A DNA stretch of 52,379 nucleotides from Octopus bimaculoides (Eukaryota). The notes under the pieces are model-generated. The model made no database searches. It had not been told where the DNA came from and saw nothing but the letters and a program-made list of their open reading frames with translations. The first letter of the stretch is position 1; each line of letters starts with the position of its first letter. Position numbers and translations under genes: made by a program. Where the stretch lies: positions 20,360,508 to 20,412,886 of the forward strand of contig NC_068985.1 in the NCBI RefSeq assembly GCF_001194135.2, written 5' to 3'. Positions 1 through 10,415 of this stretch are shown here, piece after piece.

Positions 1-42
1 ATCACCATCACCATCATCACCATCACCATCATCACCATCACC

Positions 43-74
<32 letters not shown>

Positions 75-104
75 CATCATCACCATCATCATCACCATCA
101 TCAC

Positions 105-139
<35 letters not shown>

Positions 140-170
140 CCATCATCATCATCACCATCACCATCATCAC

Positions 171-220
<50 letters not shown>

Positions 221-246
221 CCATCATCACCACTACCACCATGATC
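1..246. repeat. (CAT/CAC)n trinucleotide microsatellite
   Basis: Direct: about 80 units of CAT interrupted by CAC at the window start. Confidence 0.98.
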
Positions 247-946
247 ATTATAAGCAATAACAACAACAAACCTCCACTAAATCTTGCTTTACTCTTTCTT
301 CTAAGACCACCACCACTACCACCACCAACATCACAACTGCCATGTGCACTATTATAAAGAAGAAAAAAAAGCTAAAAGAAAGTTAAAAAACTGGCTCTGT
401 CACTATATATAATACGCTATACGTATTTGTAGATATATATACTGTTTTTGTGAGTAACACTTTCGCATTAAAAGCTGTTGAATTTGTTCCAGTTTATAAG
501 ATTCACTTTCTAAATCATTCGACACAAGCCAGAGTCATTCTGTTTATTTTTTGTATTTGTCTCAAAATGCTTAATGAAGCAGTTTGAAGTTTTCTAAATT
601 AAGCAACAGCGTTTCTACTTTGTTGCTATAACAACGTCCATGTTTAGTTGTTCTGTCTGTCTTTTGTATTTGAAAGTTCATTCTTAATGCTTAACTAATC
701 TTATTTTATATATAATAAAATGCAATGTGTTTCACATTGGTTATGCTGGCAGAGGGAAACTAAAATGACAAATGAAGTGAGAGTGAGTCAGAAATGAAGT
801 CAGAAACGCTCATTGCAGATGAACTTTAGTGGAAAGGTTTTACTCTGATGCCATTGTTCAAATTTTTATCGTAAATAATATTTACTTTAACAATTTCACA
901 CAGATATATATTATATAAATATATATGAAATTACATATTACACTCA

Positions 947-1701
947 GGCGGTACTGGCAGTGGCCATGCTCAAATGGTGGTTTTTACATGCCACCCACAC
1001 AGGAGCCAGTCCAGCGGCACTGGCAACGACCTCACTTGAGTATTTTTTGATGTGACACTGGCACAAGTGCAAGTAAGGTGACACTGGTAATGATCACACT
1101 CAAATGGTGCTTTTTAAGTGCCACCGGCACAGAAGCCAGGCAGCTGCTCTGGCAACGATCACGCACGGATGGTGCTGTTAGTGCTCCACTAGCATGGATG
1201 CTGGTCATTGAATTTGATTTCGATTTCAATTTCACTTGCCTCAACAGGTCTTTGGAAGCAGAGTTTATTGTCCAATGAAGGAAAGGTACGCATAAGTGGG
1301 CTGCTTACACCCCTAGCATAGGCCACAGGTTATGGTCTCACTTGGCTTGCTGGTCTTCTCAAGCACAGCATATTTCCAAAGGTCTCGGTCACTAGTTATT
1401 GCCTCAGTGAAGCCTAATGTTCGAAGGCCGTGCTTCACCACCATATCCAGGTCTTCCTGGATCTACCTCTTCCACAGGTTCTCTCAACCGCTAGGTTGTG
1501 GCACTTTTTCACACAGCTGTCCTCATCCATTCTCACCACATGACCATACCAGTGCAGTCGTCTCTCATGCACACCACAACTGATGCTTCTTAGGTTCAAC
1601 TTATCTCTCAAGGTACTAACACTCTGTCTAGTATGCACACCGACATTACACATCCAGCGGAGCATACTGGATGATATTTTCAATTGAGATGTTACAACCA
1701 T
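947..1701 (-). mobile_element. RTE-clade LINE fragment (ORF C-terminus plus 3' UTR minisatellite)
   Basis: ORF 1435..1701 translates to LRWMCNV...LRDKLNLRSISCGVHERRLHWYGHVVRMDEDSCVKKC...CGRGRSRKTW, the typical RTE C-terminus (RLRWYGHVxRM, GRGRP-like). The same DNA recurs at 7090-7440 and 46359-46555. The 3' UTR carries four copies of a ~63-bp unit at 947-1210. Confidence 0.92.
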
Positions 1702-2654
1702 ATCTGATTGTCCAAGTGCTCCAATTCAATTGTGCTTGTACATATATTTACTTGACTGCTGACATTTATGAATGATTTCTCCCATTGTTTTGATGTGCCA
1801 TTTCCTATCATTAATAAAACTGTTGGAATTTTTAACGACACAGATATGCTAGTATTAATTATTACACAACATTACTTCTTTTATTTTCTAGTTCACATAT
1901 ATTTTTGTATAATTGTCACAAATTTTATCATGAACTTCTTAATAAGATTTTAAATAATACTTATGATTGATCATAAGCTTTGTATCCCAGGTCAAGAGCA
2001 ATCAAGCACTAGATTAGCACTGATGTTTTAGAAATTTTTTTTTAAATATTTGTGAAATAGCTTTTTTCTTTATTCTAGCTGACATTTCAACTAGTTATCA
2101 TAACAGATACAGAATAGTAGGATTTAATCATTTATTTAAAATTATTGATTTTATGACTTATATCACAGTTGGCAATCAAAAATATTTGAATCACAAGGAA
2201 GTGCTTACATATTCAGTCTTTGTCTATTTGACCTTTTAAATCTAAAGATTGCTAAAATTGGGGTATTAAAACAAACAACATGTCGAATAGGCAGAAGATA
2301 TGAAAAAGTACTTGGTGAAGAATGAGCAGAAGCGTCAAGCCATTGGAGAAATTGTCTGTTTCAATGACATCATAAGTAGAAGTAGAAAGACAATCTGCCA
2401 AAACTGAAGAGTCTAATATGTATAACTTAAATATTGAGAAGCAGATTACTTATTTACTAAGGTATCAGGCAACCAATAAAATGGCTGATAGCTTTTATTC
2501 CATCACTGATATTGCATTGAATCAATGGCCTTCATATTTAATAAGTCATATCTCATAATAAATAAATGGATCTCTGTCAGAATTTTTTTACCATGAATAT
2601 TTTCAGTTGTTTGATCAACTGAAGCAGCAAATTCATTTGATTAGCATATAAGTT

Positions 2655-2752
2655 GTAGAGTATTCCACAGACATGTGTACCCTTAACGTAATTTTCAGGT
2701 AGTATCAGTGTGACACAGTGTGACAAGGATGAGTCTTTGAATTATAGGCACA
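2655..2752 (-). mobile_element. SINE family D, tail fragment
   Basis: TCCACAGACATGTGTACCCTTAACGTAATT...GTGTGACAAGG matches 46660-46735 of the full-length copy. Confidence 0.6.
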
Positions 2753-2754
2753 GT

Positions 2755-2935
2755 CCGTCAGACAGGCTTCTACATAGTTTCTGTCAACCCAATTTCACTT
2801 TTAAGGTATGGGTTGATTTGAGGCTATAAAAAAGAATTTACATGTCTTTTATCTTTTATTTTTCACTTGTTTCAGTAATAATAATGTGGCCATGCTGGGA
2901 CACAGCCTTGAAGAATTTTTAGTCAAATGAATGCG
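2755..2935 (-). mobile_element. CORE-type SINE family B, degenerate fragments
   Basis: ACAGGCTTC..AGTTTCTGTC..CCAATTTCAC and CTTGTTTCAGT..GTGGCCATGCTGGG.CAC.GCCTTGAAG match the copies at 14930-15507 and 50132-50565. Confidence 0.65.
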
Positions 2936-4099
2936 GCAGACTTGGAATTGAATTTCTTAACCATTCTATCTATCCAGTCTATCTAAGTATCTGTAAATAG
3001 ACACCATTTGAAGGTATAGCTTTCTCCCCTGCAATAAAGAAAAGATAAATATCATTAATAACTTATTTCATCTTTTTTGCACTGCTGACTCAAAACTGAT
3101 TCTATCACTGTCACACCAAAATGAATTTGTTGTGAATTAATATCTAAACAGGAAGACCATCTTGGATTTGAGGGAAGCAGGGTAAAAAGCACCATTTAAG
3201 GCCATATGTTTTCCCTCCTTTAAAACCACAGTGAAGAGAGAAAGATTTTATGAATGCAAAATCTATTACAGTGAAACTGTGTCAGTGACCAGGTTATAGT
3301 TGGAGCGATGAAAATTTTGGCACCAAAATAATAAATGCTTAAACGAAGATGATGGTTTTTATAGGCTTTTGAATGGCTAATATGTATCTTCATGCAGTAA
3401 GTGTTTTAGTTTCAGCACACAATCTCAGGTCAAATCACTTGCTGAAAACCTTACAGCATATTCTCATTAATAAAAAAGGGGTAGGCATAAATGTTTACTA
3501 ATCATTATTTTAAGAGAGCCTAGCATTTGCCAGTTTAGGAACTACTGACCTAGTTGGCTGTTGTCCAGTTGGTCCTGAACCCTATCAGAATACAAAAATA
3601 TTTTACCAAGGAAAAAGACCAAGGAACAGACTAAGTGAAAATTAGAACAAAAATACCTCCATTTTCATTACACTAATCAAGTAAACTAAATCTCCTGTAT
3701 CCTTACAGAAGGGTCACAGTCTAATAATATCAATTTTATACAGTAGCTAATGTTAAATAGAGGAGCATAAAGTAGGATTGTATTACAAGTCATAAAAACA
3801 CAGAAATCAGTAATCTGTTGTTGGAAGCTAATGCTTCTAACATAACTGAGTTATCAACATAGCTGATATGATATGAATGAATAATAACACAAAAGAAATT
3901 CAAGTCCATTAGATACTTCTCATTGCTTTCCCACTTGCCTGTTACCTGCTTAAGACATTCTGTTTGATTTAGGATGTTATTTTTATTTTGCTGGAGATTT
4001 GAAAGAATATTTTTAAAAAATATTTGGTAAGACAAGGTTTTGAAAATTGATTAGAAATTAATTGCTTAATAAAGAACTGACAAACAATAGCAAATGAGG

Positions 4100-4297
4100 A
4101 AGCATCTAGGTGACTATTCAATCTGCAAGAAATAGCAATCATATCTCCCTTAAATCGCAACATGAACTGTTTAAATGAAGAAAGGATGTACTAAGTAGTG
4201 TAATCCTAAATATCCTCTTAAAAGCTGGGATGGTTATGGTTGAAGTGTTTTTAATCATTGGTCTGCTTGATCAAGATTGACCTGGGGTTAAACAACA
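4100..4297 (+). mobile_element. Interspersed repeat family F (~200 bp, ends in AAACAACAA; probable SINE or LINE 3' end)
   Basis: Motifs AGAAATAGCA and TGCTTGATCAAG..TGACCTGGGG.TAAACAACAA recur at 43615-43820 (+), 45050-45225 (-), 39482-39610 (-), about 18795-18850 (-) and about 52140-52260. Confidence 0.6.
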
Positions 4298-4377
4298 ATT
4301 CAAATAACTTTTTTAAAATGTCAGAACATATATATACACACATATATATACACATATTAACATGCCATATCTATATA

Positions 4378-4604
4378 CAGGGTTGGCCAAAACCCTGTAT
4401 ATTTACCTCACAGTAAATCAAAATTCCATAAATACTTAATACTGAATTTTATATATTCATTCTAATTATGAATAATTAATAATTGAATTCTGTGTGTTAA
4501 AATCACCGTTTTCTTTTTTTCAACATTTGTCTATTTATTTTTTGTTTTAATCTTGGAATTGAAGGGGTTTTGGTTTACTGACAGGTGACTTTTGGCCAAT
4601 CCTG
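4378..4604. mobile_element. Tc1/mariner-type MITE
   Basis: TA|CAGGGTTGGCCAAAA (4378) and TTTTGGCCAATCCTG|TA (ends 4604) form a 15-bp TIR with 1 mismatch and a TA target duplication. The interior is AT-rich and non-coding. Confidence 0.8.
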
Positions 4605-4819
4605 TATATATATATACATATATATATATATATAATTATAAAATACAGGGATTAGCTTGAGTTGCTTCTCCAACATACTGAGAATTTAGAAATAGCAGTC
4701 AAAGAACTACTGATTCTAAACTACAAATTTTTTCTCTAACTGATGGCGATATTTTATGGCACACACAGAACAAAAACAAAAGGGAAAAGCAAAAACAAAC
4801 CTGCCTTTAGTTAATTGGA

Positions 4820-5021
4820 TACGACGTTTCACGGTTAAGAGTATGAAGTTACTCTATTCCGCTCTTCAGCCCAATATTCTGATAAATTTGAAAGTGTCTC
4901 TAAAAACCTCACGGTAATTTTGTCCATGCGACACCAAAAACCAACGTGGGGAAGGCACTTACGAATTTATCGGCTAGTGAGTTCAAACACTTCGCCCCAA
5001 AGAATCTATTCCATGTGCGCC
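4820..5021. promoter_or_regulatory. CpG-retaining unique patch; candidate promoter or first exon
   Basis: 11 CpG in about 200 bp against a CpG-depleted background. A minus-strand donor TTC|GTAAGT has its GT at 4963-4962. I recognised no repeat homology. Confidence 0.3.
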
Positions 5022-5112
5022 ACAAATATATATATATATATATAGGATTTGAAAATTCAGCCTCTTCCCTATATATTTTCACTTGTGTGGTACCTTCCAA
5101 TTTTACTCTGTT

Positions 5113-5113
5113 T

Positions 5114-5193
<80 letters not shown>
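5113..5193. repeat. (TA)n microsatellite
   Basis: Direct. Similar (TA)n tracts border most assembly gaps. Confidence 0.98.
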
Positions 5194-5196
<3 letters not shown>

Positions 5197-5861
5197 TATA
5201 TAAACATATCAAGGCAATTCTTTGTTAATTTAGCAAAGCTGACATGCATATAGTACGAAACATGTTTAATGTAAACCAGTAATTTTATTCATTAATATAA
5301 AGCTTGTATCATTTCACTATCAAACATCACTTATGGATTATACTATTTGTATACAATAGAAACAGAGGATTTATATGAAACCAAGATCTAAATTTGTAAT
5401 GTTTCACGCTATGTCAAAACACCAAGCAAAACTGGGATCCTTTAAGCAGAGTGTTGATATGACTGCTTACTTACTATATAGTATAACAAGTCAAGTAAGT
5501 TATATACATTTTTCTCCTCTGCAGTATCGACAGGAATAGAACAATACTATAGCACAGGTTTTTGTTTTGTATTTATTTTTGTTCTTTTCAAGTTGTTGAG
5601 AATACTTGTATTCCAGTGTTCCCATTCTCTAAATTCTACATCTGTCTGCAGAAAAGAAAAAAGGAATTGATGAAATACCTGCTGAAATAGTGTATATTAA
5701 ATCCAAACTAACTCTGTCTTATTCAGCGTCTGCAGTTTCCTTTTATAGCACCTTTTGCTGTTACACACACATGCACACACACACACATTATATATTATAT
5801 ATATATGCCAGTATGGAAGGTGAACATTAAATGATGCTGCTGCTGATGACATATATATATA

Positions 5862-6132
5862 TATATAATTTAGAGAAAAAAACCCACAATTATTGAATTC
5901 ATCCATGAAAATCCACAGTCACATACAGAAAAATTTAATAAGTAAAAAGACCTATAGTAAACATACAAAGTTTATTATTTTAATATTATTTTGATATTTG
6001 TTATTTTAATATTTATTACTTTGTATTTTTATTTTAGGCCTTTTTAGTGTATTTACTTAAATTTTTCTATATGTGACTGTGAATTTTCATGGATGAATTC
6101 AAGAATTGTGGTTTTTTTCTTAAAATTATATA
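5862..6132. mobile_element. Fold-back element / long-TIR MITE in a (TA)n site
   Basis: 5862-5970 is the reverse complement of about 6018-6132. The core CCACAATTATTGAATTCATCCATGAAAATCCACAGTCACATACAGAAAAATTTAA matches the opposite arm at 52/55. The spacer is about 50 bp and AT-rich. Confidence 0.85.
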
Positions 6133-6218
6133 TTTATATATTATATATATTGAAATTTAATTTAATTTTAATTTTGATAAATTAAATTAAATTGAATTTT
6201 TACCTGTANNNNNNNNNN

Positions 6219-6255
<37 letters not shown>

Positions 6256-6261
6256 TATATA

Positions 6262-6415
6262 CTCTGCTGAGTGGTTGGTATTAGGAAGGGCATCCAGTTG
6301 TAAAAATCCTGCCAAAACAGTCACAGAAGTCTGGTACAGGCTTCGGCCTGGCTAACTTTTGTGGTACCATCCCACCCATGCTAACATGGAACACAGACGT
6401 TAAATGATGATGATA
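6262..6415 (+). mobile_element. RTE 3'-terminal fragment (family C) with (ATG)n tail
   Basis: GAGTGGTTGG..TTAGGAAGGGCATCCAG.TGTA.AAA..CTGCCA...CCCATGCT..CATGGAA...GACGTTAAA(TGA)n. This module is physically linked to the RTE coding end in the 9835-10190 copy. Confidence 0.85.
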
Positions 6416-6439
6416 TGTGTGCGTGTGTGTGTGTTTATT

Positions 6440-7650
6440 GTTCATCATAGTCCTCCAGGTAATAACAGAGGAATTCAAGATATGCTGCACCTGGGAGCTT
6501 CTTTATGCTGATGACCTTGCTCTAATAGCTAAGTCACTACCAGACCTAGAGAAGAAGCTTCAGGTGTGGAAGCAAGGCCTAGAATTGAAGGGCCTTAGGG
6601 TTAACCTAGCATAGATCAAAGTCTTAGTAAGTAGGAAGGCGGACAAATCACAAACCCCTTTAGGTAGATGGCCCTGCTCGATCTGTAGAAAAGGTGTAGG
6701 TAGAAACTCCATGAGATGTACCTGATGTAAGCTATGGACACATATGAGGTTAACTGGGAAGATAGTTTTTGTGGGTGGGAGATGCGCAGGTACAATAAAC
6801 ACCAAAAATGTACAGAAAACAGATTCCATCACATGCCAGGGGGAAAACTAGAAGTAGTTGGTAGCTTTTGTTACCTAGGTGACCAAGTCAGTAGTTGGGG
6901 TGGATGCTCTGGGAGCGTAGCCGCCAGAATTAGATTAGGCTGGGCAAAGTTCAGAGAGCTCCTACATCTGCTGGTAACAAAGGGTCTCTCACTCAGAGTG
7001 AAAGGTAGACTGTAAGATGCCTGTGTGCAAACAGCCATGCTACACAGCAGTGAAACATGGGCTGTGACTCCTGAGGACATGCATAGATTTGAAAGAAATG
7101 AAGCGAATATGCTCCACTGGATGTGTAATGTCAGTGTACATGCATGACAGAGTGTAAGCATCCTGAGAGAAAAGTTGGACATAAGAAGCATCAGATGGGG
7201 TGTGCAAAAGAGACAACTGTGCTGGTATGGTCATGTTATGCGTATGAATGAGGACAGCTGTGTGAAAAAGTGTCACAACCTAACGGTGGAGGGAACCTGT
7301 GGAAGAGGTAGATCCAGTAAGACATGGCATAGGTAGTGAAGCATGACCTTCGAACCTTGGGCCTCACAGAGGCAATGACTAGTGACTGAGACCTTTGGAG
7401 ATATGCCGTGCTTGAGAAGACCCGTCAAGCCAAGTGAGGTTGTAGTCATGGCCGATGCTAGTGTTGCTTAAATGGCCCATTTAAAAACATCCTCCAATCA
7501 TTAGGCAATATGCCATGCTTATGAAGACCTGCTGAACTGAGTGAAATCAATATTGTGGCTGATGCTAGTGCTGGTGTCATGTAAAAAGTACCATTCGAGC
7601 ATGGCTGATGCCAGTGCCACCTGACTGGCACCCGTGCTGATAGCATACAA
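6440..7650 (+). mobile_element. RTE-clade LINE, 5'-truncated, decayed RT and C-terminus plus 3' UTR repeats
   Basis: LLFIIVLQVITEEFK..CTWELLYADDLAL (YADD at 6504-6515), KGLRVNLA, a Cys/His cluster, LEVVGSFCYLGD, RIRLGWAKFRELL, LHSSETW and QLCWYGHVM; in-frame stops and frameshifts are present. Confidence 0.95.
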
Positions 7651-7655
7651 AAAGT

Positions 7656-7777
7656 ACCCTGAAAGGAAGAAAGGCAAAGTCGACCTCAGCAGAATTTGAA
7701 CTCAGAACGTAGCAATGAGCAAAATACCACTAAACATTTTTCCTGGCATGCTAACAATTCTGCCAAGTTGCTGCCTT
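7656..7777 (-). mobile_element. tRNA-headed SINE family A (Meta-domain-like), 5' part
   Basis: The reverse complement shows A-box TGGCAGAAT and B-box GAGTTCAAATTC followed by GTCGACTTTGCCTTTC.TCCTTTC. Confidence 0.85.
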
Positions 7778-7814
7778 GATAACAATAATTATAACAACAA
7801 TAATAATAGTAAAC

Positions 7815-8021
7815 TCTTCTATTATAGGCACAAGGCCTGAAAATTGGGGGAGAGGGTATGTTGATTGCATCAACCTCAGTGCAGAACTGGTACTTATTTC
7901 ATTGACCCCGAAAGGATGTAAGGCAAAGTCGACCTCGGCAGAATTTGAACTCAGAACATAGCAATGTATGAAATACCGCTAAGCATTTCTTCCAGTGTGC
8001 TAACAATTCTGCCAGTTTGCC
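7815..8021 (-). mobile_element. SINE family A, full length
   Basis: tRNA-like head, GCCTTACATCCTTTCGGGGTCAATGAAATAAGTACCAG central domain and GGCCTTGTGCCTA tail; flanked by (AAT)n. Confidence 0.92.
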
Positions 8022-8369
8022 ATTTTCCTTGATAATAAGAATGATAATAATAATAACATAGTAATTTGTTTTATTTCTTTTTTAACAAACCCTTCTAGGC
8101 ACGTCACACCTATGCAAGACACTTTTGATTTAATAACACAACTCACATTCTACGCAATTGTCACCTAATAATACAATACAGCCTACACAATCCACAAACT
8201 GCATACGTTACACACCCAACACAAAAACATATACGATGCACAATAAGCATCCAGCAAAAATAACACAACTAACGCACAGCATACTCACTACAAACAAATG
8301 AAATGAAACACTCAACATAAGAAATAAAAAACTCTACCACAGCAAAGATACAATATACAACCACAATAA

Positions 8370-8575
8370 GTTGGCAAGCTGGCAGAAATGTTAGCATGCC
8401 TGGTGAAATGCTTAGTCTGTCTTTATGTTCTGAGTTCAAATTCCACTGAGGTTGACTTTGCCTTTCATCCTTTCAGGGTTGATAAAGTAAGTACCAGTTG
8501 CATACTGGGGCGATCTAATCAACTGGCCCCCTCTCCAAAGATTTTGGGCCTTGTGTCTAGAGTAGAAAAGAATAT
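8370..8575 (+). mobile_element. SINE family A, full length, inverted relative to neighbouring copies
   Basis: GCTGGCAGAAATGTTAG...GAGTTCAAATTCC...GCCTTTCATCCTTTCAGGGTTGATAAAGTAAGTACCAG...GGCCTTGTGTCTAGAGTAGAAAAGAAT. Confidence 0.92.
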
Positions 8576-8970
8576 ACAAATAATTCTACATCTGCCAAAA
8601 GAGAATCCTTCACACACCTCTGGAACATAGAAATGTGCTTGGTGGTGCGGTAGATGCTCAAATGAGGCTGTTGGAAACATTAGGGTAATGATGATTTATT
8701 TTAATTATGATTTCTGTTAAAAGAATTGGTCTTGGTGGGAGTTGAACTCAGAACTCAGAACATAGAGTGTTGTACAAATATCACAGCAGAATTCAACAAT
8801 AAATATAATTAAATACAAATACCAATGAATGTCTGGTTTTTGGAGAATTGCAAGAAAATACTGAAATAGTTGAACAGTTAAAAAGTATCACCTAGATAGC
8901 AATATCAATTGTTTTCTAATAGTAATAATAATAATAATAATAGTAATAATAATAATAGTAATAATAATAA

Positions 8971-9176
8971 TTCTTTGTAACTTTTGCACAAGGCTCCTGA
9001 TTTCAGGGGTGGGGTGGCGGTTTAACCGATTACACTGACCCCAATACTCAACTGGTACTTATTTTATTGACCCTGAAAAGATCAAAGGCAAAGTTGACCT
9101 TCGCAGAATTTGAAGTCAAGAGTAATGCGGTTAAGCATTCTGCCCTACACATTAATGATTCTTCCAGCTCAGCGCC

Positions 9177-9177
<1 letters not shown>
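8971..9177 (-). mobile_element. SINE family A within (AAT)n arrays
   Basis: Same central domain; (AAT)n on both sides, continuing into (AAG)n up to 9275. Confidence 0.88.
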
Positions 9178-9216
<39 letters not shown>

Positions 9217-9243
9217 GAAGAAGAAGAAGAATAATAATAATAA

Positions 9244-9274
<31 letters not shown>

Positions 9275-9599
9275 AGAAATAGCAATACCATGCAGTGGAT
9301 CTCATGGCTTCTGATCTTAACTGATTGGAAGTGTTATTATGTACAGGTTTTATTTTGGTGTAAAGATGGGCTTCAACAGATATTCTGCTCAATACCACAG
9401 ATTTGCTTGTCAGTTGCTTAACCTTAACCAGTAGAGCATGTCTCGTAATAGCTGACAATATGTGCATCTCAGATCATGAGCAGAAGTATTGGGAGAATAT
9501 CATTGTCATGTGTTGAAAGGAATTCTTTGGGATTTGAATAATTCCCCTCCGGAAACATGGGTCTTTTCATTCAACATCTTTAAACAACCTTTATTTAGG

Positions 9600-9808
9600 G
9601 ACCTGCAAGGCCATGATGCTGCTCTGCTGGCTAGGCAGAGCAGGCCAACTTTTCTCCTGAATGGAATGCCAGTCTGTTATAGCGGTACCCATTTACAGCT
9701 GAGTGGACTGGGGCAACATGAAATGAAATGTTTTGCTCAAGAACACAATACACTACCAGCCTGGGAATTGAAACCACAATCTGGTGATTGTGAGTGTGAC
9801 ACTCTAAC
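9600..9808 (-). mobile_element. tRNA-headed SINE family D (CORE/Deu-like middle)
   Basis: The reverse complement reads GCATGTGGCTTAGTAGTTAGAGTG...GTTTCAATTCCC...TTGTGTTCTTGAGCAAAACA...GTTGCCCCAGTCCACTCAGCTGTAAATGGGTACC. Confidence 0.8.
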
Positions 9809-9834
9809 TACTAAGCCACATGCTTTTATATCAT

Positions 9835-10190
9835 CATCATCTTCATCATCATCATCATTTAGCATTTGTTGTCCATTCTGGCATGGGTTGGATGGTTTGA
9901 CCAGGGCTGGTAAGTTGAGGGGCTGCACCAGACTCCAGTCTGGTTTGGCATCGCTTCTATGGCTGGATGCCCTTCCTAACACCAACCACTCTGGGAGTGT
10001 AATGGGAGCTTTTATGTGCCACTGGCACAGGTACTAGTTGTGTGACACCAGTATCTGTCACAACTACAATTTCACTTGACTTGATGGATCTTCCTTCTCA
10101 AGCATAGCGTATTGCCAAAGGTCTCAGTCATTTGTCATTTCCTCCATGAAGCACAGCGCTTGAAAGTTGCTTTTTACATACCACTGGCAT
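9835..10190 (-). mobile_element. RTE 3' end: coding terminus, UTR and (ATG)n tail
   Basis: Contains GAGACCTTTGGCAATACGCTATGCTTGAGAAG (RTE ORF end, as at 7390-7420) joined to the AGGAAGGGCATCCAGC module and the (CAT)n tail. This shows that family C is the RTE 3' end. Confidence 0.88.
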
Positions 10191-10351
10191 GGTTGCTAGT
10201 TAGGTGAAAACCCTACAAGACTAGGTGAAAGCACTAATTTATAAAACATGTGACATGAATAAAAATCTGTAAATATACAACTATCCAGACATCTGAGTAC
10301 CTGATTATTATTTTTTCTAATATATAATCCCTGTACATCACCTCCAAACCT

Positions 10352-10397
<46 letters not shown>

Positions 10398-10415
10398 TAT
10401 AATATAGGGTATCTA

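Noticed and set aside
947-1210. Regularly spaced repeats as a possible CRISPR array
   Set aside because: The units are contiguous degenerate tandem repeats without unique spacers, inside a LINE 3' UTR in animal DNA, with no cas genes.
9489-10037. 182-aa ORF without gaps
   Set aside because: It runs across a family D SINE, a (CAT)n tail and an antisense RTE end, so it is a chance reading frame.
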